Source: Candidatus Falkowbacteria bacterium CG1_02_37_21
GTDB lineage: Bacteria; Patescibacteriota; Patescibacteriia; Patescibacteriales; UBA12465
DNA length: 53,442 nucleotides
Assembly (NCBI GenBank): GCA_001871165.1
Contig: MNUT01000017.1
Span: 1 to 53,442 of the forward strand
Direction: 5' to 3'
Part shown: positions 1 through 8,706 of the stretch, one piece after another
Numbering within the stretch: position 1 is the stretch's first letter
Layout: every line of letters starts with the position of its first letter
Notes under the pieces: generated by a model
Databases searched by the model: none
The model's input: the letters and a program-made list of their open reading frames with translations, nothing else
What the model was told of the DNA's origin: nothing
Program-made: the position numbers and the translations under genes

Positions 1-1
1 T

Positions 2-136
2 TGGCAGTTTACCGTGCCTTTTTATGCCATTGCTATCGGTTTTGGAGTTTCAGCAGTTATTGGTATTGGCTTTGGTGTTTTGCCAGCGCAAAATGCTGCT
101 AAGATGGATCCGATTGAAGCTCTTGGGCATGAATAA
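2..136 (+). CDS. 3' end of an ABC-transporter permease (FtsX/MacB family), 5'-truncated by the window edge
   Basis: Frame 2 reads [44 protein letters not shown] (TAA at 134-136). The PAxxAAxxDPIEAL tail is the conserved C-terminus of FtsX-type permeases. Confidence 0.6.
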   Translation, partial: WQFTVPFYAIAIGFGVSAVIGIGFGVLPAQNAAKMDPIEALGHE

Positions 137-166
137 TGTAAAGTGAGTGGTAAACAGTCTTATAAT

Positions 167-203
167 AAAAAAGCCGGTTACAAATAAATGCAACCGGTTT
201 TTG
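167..203. terminator. Bidirectional rho-independent terminator between convergent genes
   Basis: Stem CCGGTT (174-179) pairs with AACCGG (192-197). It is flanked by an A-run (167-172) and a T-run (198-202), so it can serve both strands. Confidence 0.6.
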
Positions 204-204
204 T

Positions 205-1758
205 TTATAAAGTGATGTCTTGACCTAATTTAGGAATAATTATTTGTTTAAGCCAAGAACCTTTTGGTAGGGCATCAATAAGATCCATTTTTAAATTAGT
301 AGCCCCTTCTTCTTCGCCGTGAATGATGAATATTTTTTTATTGGCTTGAGGTTGGATATTAACAACCTCTTTAGTATAATTTACTAAATGTGGTCCATCG
401 GCGTGAGCAGAGAAGCTGTCAAAGCTAACTATTTTAGCTTTAACTAGTATTTCTTCACCATTCATGCAAACGATAGGAAGACCATCTTTTAATTTCCGCC
501 CCAGACTATTTTTGGCCATATAGCCGACTAGAGCTACCACAGTTTTGTTATTGCCAAGTCCAGCTCGTAGATGCGTCCGAACTCTCCCCGCATCACACAT
601 GCCGGAAGCGGCTATTACGATATAAGGTCCAGGTGTCTCCGATAGAGTTACTGAAGATTTATCGTCAGTAATAGTTTTTAGGTAGGAATCACTGCCTGTC
701 TGAAAGGGGTTGAAAATTAATTTATCTTGCCCCTCAAACATTCCCGAATTCCAATTAGCAGCAAAAACTTGAGTGATTTCAATTGCCATTGGAGAATCTA
801 GAAAAATAGGAATTGGGGGAATTTTTTTTGTTTGCATGTAGTAACTAAGCAAATATATGATTTCTTGAGCTCTTTCTAGAGCAAAAGAAGGCATAATCAT
901 TTTTTTACCGGAATTGTAAATTTCTTTGATTAAATTAAGAAGTTTAGTTATTTCATTTTTATGTGCTGGGTGTTTTTTGCCGCCATAAGTAGATTCAATA
1001 AACCAATAATTCATTGGCTCAATAATCATTTTCGGTGGTGGTAAAATTACTCCATCATCTCGCCCTAAGTCACCGCTGAAGCCCAGATAGATATTCTGTG
1101 GTGATGACTTTATTCTGATAACGCAGATGGCACCACCTAGGATGTGCCCAGATGGGTATAATTTTAAACTGACATTTTTAGCTAATTTATGCCAAGATTC
1201 GTAAGGGAGTCCACCATTTTTTATTAAGAGACAAGTTTGTTCTACGTGAGTCATTTCATATAGTGGCTCTATTTTGTTGCTATTTTTTGAATATTTCTTT
1301 TTTTTCTTATCATAGCTACCCATGGTCATTTTATCACGACTAAAATCCTCCTTTTTAGCGTCATTTTGTTTTTGTTTTCTTGATTTTGCTCTTAAAATCA
1401 GCGTCTCTTTAGCTTGAATTTTAGCACTGTCCCGTAACATGACTGGTAGCAGATTTCTGGTGCCTTCGGTGCAGTAAATTTTTCCCTTAAAACCATGTTT
1501 AGTTAAAAAAGGGAGACGTCCAACATGATCAATGTGAGCGTGTGTTAAAATAACTCCGTCGATATGTTCCGGTCTAAGCCAATGCAAAATTTCAGCATTT
1601 CTCTCTAAGGCCTGTTTGTAGCATTGAATGAGCCCAGCATCAAGCAAGAGCCGAGTTGTCTGTTTGCCCTGTTCAATAGTTATTAGGATAGAGCTGCCGG
1701 TTAAGTTGTCGTCATAAGCGACGCCGCCCAAAAATTGAGCGTGGATTTTGGTGTTCAT
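205..1758 (-). CDS. beta-CASP family metallo-beta-lactamase-fold ribonuclease (CPSF/RNase J-like)
   Basis: HAHIDHVG (HxHxDH) motif, PSGHILGGA, ESTYG, FSAHAD and IIHGEEE motifs in the order typical of MBL/beta-CASP RNA-metabolising nucleases. Contains a Lys-rich low-complexity insert. Confidence 0.8.
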   Translation of the reverse strand: MNTKIHAQFLGGVAYDDNLTGSSILITIEQGKQTTRLLLDAGLIQCYKQALERNAEILHWLRPEHIDGVILTHAHIDHVGRLPFLTKHGFKGKIYCTEGTRNLLPVMLRDSAKIQAKETLILRAKSRKQKQNDAKKEDFSRDKMTMGSYDKKKKKYSKNSNKIEPLYEMTHVEQTCLLIKNGGLPYESWHKLAKNVSLKLYPSGHILGGAICVIRIKSSPQNIYLGFSGDLGRDDGVILPPPKMIIEPMNYWFIESTYGGKKHPAHKNEITKLLNLIKEIYNSGKKMIMPSFALERAQEIIYLLSYYMQTKKIPPIPIFLDSPMAIEITQVFAANWNSGMFEGQDKLIFNPFQTGSDSYLKTITDDKSSVTLSETPGPYIVIAASGMCDAGRVRTHLRAGLGNNKTVVALVGYMAKNSLGRKLKDGLPIVCMNGEEILVKAKIVSFDSFSAHADGPHLVNYTKEVVNIQPQANKKIFIIHGEEEGATNLKMDLIDALPKGSWLKQIIIPKLGQDITL

Positions 1759-1817
1759 AGAACCCCCCGTGTTAGTTGATGGTTTAAAATTTTTAAAGTT
1801 CTTGTACTGATATTGGC

Positions 1818-1846
1818 ATTATCTAATATAATCAAATTAAAAACAA
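1818..1846 (-). promoter_or_regulatory. Candidate promoter for the beta-CASP nuclease gene
   Basis: Minus strand reads TTGTTT (1846-1841), 17 nt, GATAAT (1823-1818). A G-rich SD-like GGGGGG lies just before the ATG. Confidence 0.3.
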
Positions 1847-1891
1847 GTTGATATCTTTTTCTTGAGATATATAGAGAAGGCTCTCTAAATG

Positions 1892-1900
1892 TGTTATAAT
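1892..1900 (+). promoter_or_regulatory. Extended -10 promoter (TGTTATAAT) for the dehydrogenase gene
   Basis: TGT+TATAAT at 1892-1900, 42 nt upstream of ATG 1942. The same 9-mer recurs upstream of three other genes. Confidence 0.4.
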
Positions 1901-1941
1901 ACGAATATAATTTACGGAGTATTATTAATATAATTTTTATT

Positions 1942-2955
1942 ATGAAAAGTCTTATTTATTACGGACCGCATGATTTACGTTACGGTGATTCGCCCAAACC
2001 AAAGATCAGGTCCGGAGAGGTTTTACTAAGAATAAAGAGTGTTGGAATTTGTGGTACTGATTTGCATATCTATAACGGGGGTATGAAAAATTTGCCCTTA
2101 CCTTTAATTATGGGCCATGAATTTTCCGGAGTGATAGAGGAGCTTGCCCGTGATGTGAAAAATTTTAAAGTTGGTGATAGAGTGATAGCTGAACATGTTA
2201 TAAATTGCGGTAAGTGTAGTTATTGTTTATCGGGCAAACCTAATCTCTGTGCCAATTCTAGAATTATCGGCGTGCATCGCCCCGGTGCCTTAGCGGAATA
2301 TTTAGCCGTTCCAGCAGACTTGGTTTATAAAATCCCCGCTAAACTTAGTTTTGAAGAGGGGGCGATGATTGAACCATTGTCTATTGCCTATTATGCGGTT
2401 AAGCAGGCTCACGATCTTTTAGGCAGGAAAGTGGCTGTTATTGGACAGGGTCCTATTGGTTTACTGGTTGATCAGATTTTACATGATGCTGGCGCCGAAG
2501 TTATTGGGATTGATATTGCTGACTGGCGCTTGAAACTAGCTAAGAAAAAGAAATGGGCTGATCATACTATTAATAGTTCTCAGAAAACCTGGTTGAAAAA
2601 AATTCAGAAGATTGCTCCGGAGGGGGTGGATACAGTGTTTGAAGTAGTGGGTAGAGAAGAGACTGCAGAAATGGCTATAGAAATAGCTCGTCGCGATGGT
2701 GACGTCTTTATCCTTGGGGTATTTGAAAGTGCGGCCAGCTTGAATATGATGAATATTGTGAAGAAAGAATTAAATGTTTTTGGTTCTTGGACTTGTGCTT
2801 TTTCTTTTCCGCCGTCTATCGCCTTGGCAGTTGCTAAAAAAGTTGATTTAAAAAGTTTGATTACTAATCGCTATGATGTTAAAGATGGCGCCTTAGCTTT
2901 TAAGGAGTCGGCATCATACAAAGGGAAGAGAATTAAAACCGTAATTAATTTCTAA
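1942..2955 (+). CDS. Zn-dependent medium-chain alcohol/polyol dehydrogenase (threonine/sorbitol dehydrogenase-like)
   Basis: GICGTDLH and GHEFSGVI catalytic-Zn motifs, structural-Zn Cys cluster CGKCSYCLSGKPNLC, and Rossmann motif VIGQGPIGL. Confidence 0.85.
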   Translation: MKSLIYYGPHDLRYGDSPKPKIRSGEVLLRIKSVGICGTDLHIYNGGMKNLPLPLIMGHEFSGVIEELARDVKNFKVGDRVIAEHVINCGKCSYCLSGKPNLCANSRIIGVHRPGALAEYLAVPADLVYKIPAKLSFEEGAMIEPLSIAYYAVKQAHDLLGRKVAVIGQGPIGLLVDQILHDAGAEVIGIDIADWRLKLAKKKKWADHTINSSQKTWLKKIQKIAPEGVDTVFEVVGREETAEMAIEIARRDGDVFILGVFESAASLNMMNIVKKELNVFGSWTCAFSFPPSIALAVAKKVDLKSLITNRYDVKDGALAFKESASYKGKRIKTVINF

Positions 2956-2994
2956 TTGCTTTAACTCTTTCTGTCTTACAATAGATAATTAATT

Positions 2995-3549
2995 ATGACT
3001 CTCAATTCTAAAGAATTACGGAATTTAAGTGAATCGGACGCTGTAGTTGTTTCCAAGTCTTTAAAACGCTTTCCCGTTTATATAGTTTTAGAAGACGTTT
3101 TGGACACTTATAATATCGGTGGTTTTTTTCGTTTAGCCGACGCTATTGCCGCCGAAAAAATATATCTTTGCGGCGGTTGTGCCGTGCCTCCTAATCATAA
3201 AATAGTGAAAGCTTCAGTTGGTAATTATAAAATAGTTCCTTGGGAATATAAAGAGACAGCGGCTGAGGCTATTCGTGAATTAAAAAAAATTAAAGGCTTA
3301 TCATTAGTAGCCGTAGAACAGTCAAATAAATCAATTGATTATCGTAATTATAAATATCGTTTTCCTATAGCTTTTGTCTTTGGTCATGAGACCGATGGTG
3401 TTAAGGCTTCTACTTTAGCTCTTATGGATGTGGTAGTTGAGTTGCCAATGTATGGCGTAAATAAATCCTTAAATGTTATGGTGGCGGCCGGTATTGCCCT
3501 ATACCATGCCATAGAAGAATCAACGAAAAAGAGATTATTTGGTCGTTAA
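2995..3549 (+). CDS. SpoU/TrmH family RNA 2'-O-methyltransferase
   Basis: NIGGFFRLADA, FVFGHETDGV and SLNVMVAAGIALY motifs, the three SPOUT motifs in order. Confidence 0.8.
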   Translation: MTLNSKELRNLSESDAVVVSKSLKRFPVYIVLEDVLDTYNIGGFFRLADAIAAEKIYLCGGCAVPPNHKIVKASVGNYKIVPWEYKETAAEAIRELKKIKGLSLVAVEQSNKSIDYRNYKYRFPIAFVFGHETDGVKASTLALMDVVVELPMYGVNKSLNVMVAAGIALYHAIEESTKKRLFGR

Positions 3550-3624
3550 TAGCTTATTTTAACTTTTTTGACTATTTGCAAAATATTTTATTATTTTTAA
3601 CGCCTTAACCTGGCATTTTTTTGC

Positions 3625-3639
3625 TAGTAATAGTTACTA
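3625..3639. promoter_or_regulatory. Perfect 6-3-6 inverted repeat abutting the -35 of the Rrf2/suf promoter
   Basis: TAGTAA-tag-TTACTA at 3625-3639. TTGACT starts at 3640. Confidence 0.3.
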
Positions 3640-3668
3640 TTGACTTTATCTTGATAATTAACTATAAT
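3640..3668 (+). promoter_or_regulatory. Sigma70-type promoter of the Rrf2-suf operon
   Basis: TTGACT (3640-3645), 17-nt spacer, TATAAT (3663-3668), 37 nt upstream of ATG 3705. Confidence 0.55.
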
Positions 3669-3686
3669 ATCTTTACTTATAGTTAA
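3658..3686. promoter_or_regulatory. Candidate operator: 10-9-10 perfect inverted repeat over the -10 and predicted +1
   Basis: TTAACTATAA (3658-3667) and TTATAGTTAA (3677-3686) are exact reverse complements. The 29-bp span overlaps TATAAT. Confidence 0.4.
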
Positions 3687-3704
3687 GAATTTTAAAAGAA
3701 GTGT

Positions 3705-4103
3705 ATGTTTAAACTTAAGGTTAAAATTGATTACGGTTTAATGATTATGATTGAATTAGCCGGGCATCCCAATGAAATAGTCTCTTTATCCGGACTAGCT
3801 AAGAATATGCATATTTCTTCGGTTTATTTAATACAAATAGCACGTTCTTTGGTAAGGGCTGGTTTAATTAAAAGTAAAGAAGGGGCGGGTGGTGGTTATT
3901 TTCTCAGCAGACCAGCTGATAAGATTTCTATATTAGAGATTATTGAGGCTTTGGAGGGGCGAAGTTATATCCGTGGTGATGAGATTAGCGCCAAATTTCA
4001 TTGTTACCGGCAGAGTGCTTGGGGAGAAATTTTAAGTGATATCAAAAAAGTTTTAAAGAAAAAAAGTTTATCATCTATGTTAAAAATGACTAACAAGATA
4101 TAA
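3705..4103 (+). CDS. Rrf2 family transcriptional regulator (heads the suf operon)
   Basis: N-terminal winged-helix pattern KIDYGLMIMIELA...ISSVYLIQIARSLVRAGLIKSKEGAGGGYFL is typical of Rrf2/IscR proteins. Only one Cys is present. Confidence 0.8.
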   Translation: MFKLKVKIDYGLMIMIELAGHPNEIVSLSGLAKNMHISSVYLIQIARSLVRAGLIKSKEGAGGGYFLSRPADKISILEIIEALEGRSYIRGDEISAKFHCYRQSAWGEILSDIKKVLKKKSLSSMLKMTNKI

Positions 4104-4126
4104 ATAAGAATGAATATAAATATTTT

Positions 4127-4879
4127 ATGAATACTTTAGAAGTAAAACATCTGACCGTTAAGGTTGGAGATAAAAAAATTTTGGATGATGTTAGTTTAGT
4201 TATTAAGAAAGGGAAAACTTGTGTAGTCATGGGACCGAACGGTTCCGGTAAGTCAACTCTATCCAACGTCTTAATGGGGCATCCCTCTTATGAAGTTATT
4301 TCCGGAAAAATCATTTTTAACGGTAAAGATATTACCAAAAAAAAAGCGGAGGAAAGGGCGGCGCTCGGCATGTTTATGACTTTTCAGTCACCGCGCGAAA
4401 TTGTTGGAGTAGATTTTTATCCTTTTCTTTTTGATACCTATAAGTTTTTACAAACAGCCCGCAAAGAAAAAGCGCTGAGCGTTTTTGAATTTAAGAAAAA
4501 GATGGATAAAGAAATTGCTGCTTTAAAAATTACTGATGACTGGAGTCAGCGTTGTCTCAATCAAGGTTTTTCCGGGGGAGAAAAAAAGAAGGCGGAAATG
4601 TTACAGCTGGCTATTTTTAAGCCGTCTTTTGTTATTTTTGATGAAATTGATTCCGGTTTAGATGTAGATGCTTTGAAGGTGGTTGGTCGCGCTATGAAAA
4701 AATTTAAAAAATCGGATACGAGTGCTTTGATTGTTACTCATTATTTGCGTATTTTACAAGAAATTGAAGCGGATCAAGTAATAGTTATGTCGGCGGGAAA
4801 AATTATTCAGATCGGTGGTCCGGAATTAGCCCATCGCTTAGAAAAAGAAGGTTTTGAAAAAATTATCGCTCAGAAATAA
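4127..4879 (+). CDS. sufC: Fe-S cluster assembly ATPase SufC
   Basis: Walker A GPNGSGKST, ABC signature GFSGGEKKK, Walker B FVIFDEIDSGLD. Sits directly upstream of sufB/sufD. Confidence 0.92.
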   Translation: MNTLEVKHLTVKVGDKKILDDVSLVIKKGKTCVVMGPNGSGKSTLSNVLMGHPSYEVISGKIIFNGKDITKKKAEERAALGMFMTFQSPREIVGVDFYPFLFDTYKFLQTARKEKALSVFEFKKKMDKEIAALKITDDWSQRCLNQGFSGGEKKKAEMLQLAIFKPSFVIFDEIDSGLDVDALKVVGRAMKKFKKSDTSALIVTHYLRILQEIEADQVIVMSAGKIIQIGGPELAHRLEKEGFEKIIAQK

Positions 4880-4889
4880 ATTTTTGTTT

Positions 4890-6311
4890 ATGGCCACGCC
4901 CTCATCCGCGTTAAATAAAAATAAAAAAATAAAAGCCCATAATTCCATGTGGGAAGATCATAATGCTGCTGCTTATATGGATAAGACGCGTTTAGGCGTG
5001 GACGAAGATTTGGTGCGCTTTATTTCCTCGGAAAAAAATGAGCCGGCCTGGATGCTGGAAAAACGTCTGGAGTCTTTAAAAATATATAAAGAGATGACTC
5101 TACCGACCTGGGGGCCGAATTTAGATAATTTAAATTTAGATCAGATTACTTATTACGCGAAAGCCACTGATCAACAATCGGAGACCTGGGATGATGTGCC
5201 GACGGATATTAAAAATACTTTTGAGCGTCTAGGGATTCCCCAGGCCGAACAAGAAGTTTTGGCTGGTGTCGGGGCACAATACGAATCAACTGTTATTTAC
5301 CATAATTTAAAAGAAAAGTTTAGGCGTCAAGGTGTTATTTTTACCGATATGGATGTTGCTTTGCGTGAGCATGAAGACTTAGTCAAGCAATATTTTATGA
5401 AGTGCGTGCCGCCGACTTTACACAAATTTGCCGCCCTGCACGGAGCAGTTTGGAGTGGTGGAACTTTTTTGTATATTCCTAAAGGAATAAAAATAGATTT
5501 GCCTCTGCAAGCGTATTTCCGAATGAATGCTAAAGGCATGGGACAGTTTGAACATACTCTGATTATTGTGGAGGAGGGAGCTCAGGCACATTATATTGAA
5601 GGTTGTAGCGCGCCACGTTATGGTATTGATTCCTTACATGCTGGTGGCGTGGAGATTTTTGTCGCCGAAGGAGCTCATTTTCGTTATAGTAGTGTTGAAA
5701 GTTGGAGTAAGGATGCTTATAATTTAAACACTAAACGCGCTTTAGTTCAGAAAGATGCTCATATGGAATGGGTGGGAGGAAACTTTGGTAGTAATGTTAC
5801 TATGCTCTATCCTTGTTCGGTCTTAATGGGTGCCAATTCTACCTCTGATCATTTGGGTGTCGCCTTCGCCAATAATGGTCAAATTCAAGATACCGGCGCT
5901 AAGGTTATTCACTTGGCTCCTAATACTAGTTCTAACATCGTTATGAAAAGTATTAGTAAGGGTGGCGGTCGTTCTATTTATCGCGGTTTAGTGGAAATTA
6001 GTGCGGACGCGGAAAATGCCGTTTCTAATGTTAAATGCGATGCCCTAATTTTAGACGATAAATCAGCTTCCGATACTATTCCTGTTATTAATGTTAAAAA
6101 CAATAGTGCCGTTTTAGCTCATGAAGCTAGTGTAGGAAAATTAAATGAGGATGATATTTTTTATCTGCGTAGTCGCGGTTTAGACGAAGCACAGGCCGGA
6201 GCGATGATTGTAAATGGTTTTATTGAACCGATCGTTAAAGAGTTGCCGCTTGAATATGCCGTGGAAATGAATCGGATGGTGGAGTTGGAAATGGAAGGTA
6301 GTGTTGGTTAA
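4890..6311 (+). CDS. sufB: Fe-S cluster assembly scaffold SufB
   Basis: Strongly conserved SufB blocks (GVIFTDM, HGAVWSGGTFLYIPKG, HLAPNTSSNIVMKSISKGGGRSIYRGLV, DDIFYLRSRGL). I moved the start to ATG 4890 (MATPS...) because the longer ORF overlaps the sufC stop at 4879. Confidence 0.92.
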   Translation: MATPSSALNKNKKIKAHNSMWEDHNAAAYMDKTRLGVDEDLVRFISSEKNEPAWMLEKRLESLKIYKEMTLPTWGPNLDNLNLDQITYYAKATDQQSETWDDVPTDIKNTFERLGIPQAEQEVLAGVGAQYESTVIYHNLKEKFRRQGVIFTDMDVALREHEDLVKQYFMKCVPPTLHKFAALHGAVWSGGTFLYIPKGIKIDLPLQAYFRMNAKGMGQFEHTLIIVEEGAQAHYIEGCSAPRYGIDSLHAGGVEIFVAEGAHFRYSSVESWSKDAYNLNTKRALVQKDAHMEWVGGNFGSNVTMLYPCSVLMGANSTSDHLGVAFANNGQIQDTGAKVIHLAPNTSSNIVMKSISKGGGRSIYRGLVEISADAENAVSNVKCDALILDDKSASDTIPVINVKNNSAVLAHEASVGKLNEDDIFYLRSRGLDEAQAGAMIVNGFIEPIVKELPLEYAVEMNRMVELEMEGSVG

Positions 6312-6344
6312 AATTAATGTGTAGAGCAAGAGTAAATTAATGTT

Positions 6345-7103
6345 ATGGAAAAAAAAATTATTACCATTCGTGACAATATTTTTACTGTTCCAGACAATCA
6401 GGAAGTTTTTTTATTGGAACATATTAAGAGTGCTTCAGCGCGACCAACTCTTAATATTAAAATTGGAAAAAATGCTCGCGTACAGTATGTTTGTATCATT
6501 GAATCATATGGCGACGGAGATATTAAACAAAAACGGGTGATAGATATTGAAGATGGTGCTCAAGTGGAGGGATATCAGGCTTACTTCGGTCAGGGTAATT
6601 CTGAATTTCATATTGATAACAACTTGGGTAATAAGAGCGTTTTAAATAATCAGGTATTGTTTTATAAAAATAAGGAGCAACATTTTAAAGTGCAAGATAA
6701 TTATACTTTCCGAGAACGGGGAGCAAGTGGTAACTTTAGAGTTGTTGGTTTAGTGGATGATCAGGCTAATATTCAGTATTATTCAGAAATTATTATTAAA
6801 CCTCAAGCGCAATTGACCGACTCTAGGATTGATATGCAATTGCATCTTTTAAGTAGTCAGGCAAAAGGGAAGCTCATCCCCGGTCTAAAAATAGACGCTA
6901 ATGAAGTTAAGGCTGGTCATAGTGCTAGCACCTTTCATTTGTCACCGGAAGATTTATTTTATCTACGGAGCCGAGGTTTGAACGAGCAACAAATTAAATC
7001 TTTAATTATTGATTCTTTAGCCGGTAAATTCACTAAGGGGATATCTGATGAAGATGTGCGAGAAGTAATTTTATCTTTAATTAAAGAACGCATTATTTTA
7101 TAA
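6345..7103 (+). CDS. sufD: Fe-S cluster assembly protein SufD (short form)
   Basis: C-terminal SufB/D beta-helix motifs (VKAGHSASTFHLSPEDLFYLRSRGL) and its position between sufB and sufS. Confidence 0.85.
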   Translation: MEKKIITIRDNIFTVPDNQEVFLLEHIKSASARPTLNIKIGKNARVQYVCIIESYGDGDIKQKRVIDIEDGAQVEGYQAYFGQGNSEFHIDNNLGNKSVLNNQVLFYKNKEQHFKVQDNYTFRERGASGNFRVVGLVDDQANIQYYSEIIIKPQAQLTDSRIDMQLHLLSSQAKGKLIPGLKIDANEVKAGHSASTFHLSPEDLFYLRSRGLNEQQIKSLIIDSLAGKFTKGISDEDVREVILSLIKERIIL

Positions 7104-7115
7104 TAATTTAATTTT

Positions 7116-8321
7116 ATGTTTAAACGATCTGATTTTCCTATTTTAAAACAAAAAATTAAGGGTCGCACTCTTGTCTATTTTGATAATTCTGCTACCGCAC
7201 AGAAACCGTCGGTAGTTATTAAAATGGTGGAAGAATATTATCGTCAATATAATTCTAATGTGCATCGTAGTCTCAATCCTTTAGCGGAAGTAGTGACTAA
7301 GCGTTATGAAGAGGCACGCGATGAGGTCGCTGAATTTATAAATTCACAACGGGAGGAAATTATTTTTACTCGTGGTGCCACGGAAGGAATTAATTTAGTC
7401 GCGAGAACTTGGGGTGAAAATAATCTAAAGTCAGGTGATATTGTTGTTTTAAGTATTTTAGAACATCATGCTAATATCGTGCCCTGGTTGCAGCTTAAAG
7501 AAAAATTAGGGATAAAAATATCATATATTCCCTTACAAGAGGATGGATCTTTGAATATGACAGCGGCGAAAAAATTACTTAGTAAAAAAAGAGTAAAATT
7601 ATTAGCCATATCGCAAGCTTCTAATGTGTTAGGTATTTTAAATCCGCTCAAGAAATTAATTTCTTGGGCACGGCAGAAGAATATAGTTACTTTAGTCGAT
7701 GCCGCTCAGAGTATCGCTCATGTACCGGTTGATGTTCGTGATTTGAATTGTGATTTTTTAGTATTTTCCGGACATAAAATATGGGGTCCGACCGGAGTAG
7801 GTGTGCTTTACGGCCGTCGGAATATTTTAGAAAATATGCCACCATTTTTAGGGGGTGGTGATATGATTGGGGCGGTTTATCAGGATAGCTTTACCATTAA
7901 TGAGTTGCCGTATAAGTTCGAAGCCGGTACTCCGAATATCGCTGGCGTCATCGGGCTAGCATCGGCTATTCGTTATATTAAGAAAGCGGGCTGGAAAAAT
8001 ATTGTTGTTCAAGAAAAAAAATTAAGCGATTACTTTATGAAAAAAGTGGGCGGTCTTAAATTTGTAAAAATTTTAGGGACGGCTCCGGCTAAATTTCCTG
8101 TTTTCGCTATGGTTATCGATAATATACATCCTCATGATGCAGCCGATATTTTAGGAACCGAGGGAATTATTATGCGTGCTGGTAATCACTGCACTCAACC
8201 TCTTCATGATTATTTAAAAGTCTCGGCTACTTTACGTGCTAGTTTGAGTTTTTATAATACTACGGCGGAAATAGATTTTTTTGTAAAGAAACTGCAAGAA
8301 TTAAAAAAAGCTTTTAAATAA
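7116..8321 (+). CDS. sufS: Cysteine desulfurase SufS (class V PLP aminotransferase, group II)
   Basis: YFDNSATAQKP, FSGHKIWGPTGVGVLYG (PLP lysine) and RAGNHCTQPL (catalytic Cys loop). Confidence 0.92.
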   Translation: MFKRSDFPILKQKIKGRTLVYFDNSATAQKPSVVIKMVEEYYRQYNSNVHRSLNPLAEVVTKRYEEARDEVAEFINSQREEIIFTRGATEGINLVARTWGENNLKSGDIVVLSILEHHANIVPWLQLKEKLGIKISYIPLQEDGSLNMTAAKKLLSKKRVKLLAISQASNVLGILNPLKKLISWARQKNIVTLVDAAQSIAHVPVDVRDLNCDFLVFSGHKIWGPTGVGVLYGRRNILENMPPFLGGGDMIGAVYQDSFTINELPYKFEAGTPNIAGVIGLASAIRYIKKAGWKNIVVQEKKLSDYFMKKVGGLKFVKILGTAPAKFPVFAMVIDNIHPHDAADILGTEGIIMRAGNHCTQPLHDYLKVSATLRASLSFYNTTAEIDFFVKKLQELKKAFK

Positions 8322-8324
8322 TTT

Positions 8325-8699
8325 ATGGATATCTACGCCCAGAACATCATGGACCACTATAAAAATCCTCGCAATAAAGGCCATCTTAAAAACGCTGACC
8401 TTAGTCAGCAAGAAATTAATACAACTTGTGGTGATGATATTAGTGTGTCCTTAAAATTAAATGGAGATAAAATTAAGGCTATTAAATTTGATGGCCAGGG
8501 TTGCGCCATTTCTCAAGCCGCCATTTCTATTTTAACTGAAAGCTTAATAGGGAAGAGTATTAAATCTGTCCTTAAACTCGAATTTCAAGATATAGAAGAT
8601 ATTATGGGCATCCCGATTAGTGAACGACGCTATAAATGTGCGATGTTGGGAATATGGGCTATTCAGAAAGCCTTACGTACTATTTCTAAAAATATATAG
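8325..8699 (+). CDS. sufU: SufU/IscU-like sulfur-transfer/scaffold protein
   Basis: NPRNKG, TCGDDI, GQGCAISQA and RYKCAML motifs (three Cys plus Asp of the SufU type), immediately after sufS. Confidence 0.88.
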   Translation: MDIYAQNIMDHYKNPRNKGHLKNADLSQQEINTTCGDDISVSLKLNGDKIKAIKFDGQGCAISQAAISILTESLIGKSIKSVLKLEFQDIEDIMGIPISERRYKCAMLGIWAIQKALRTISKNI

Positions 8700-8706
8700 C
8701 ACTAAT

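Noticed and set aside
1273-1389. Lys-rich insert of about 39 aa (KSRKQKQNDAKKEDFSRDKMTMGSYDKKKKKYSKNSNK) in the beta-CASP nuclease.
   Set aside because: This is a variable loop region in the family, and poly-Lys low complexity is expected from A-rich codons in an AT-rich genome. It is not evidence for a distinct domain.
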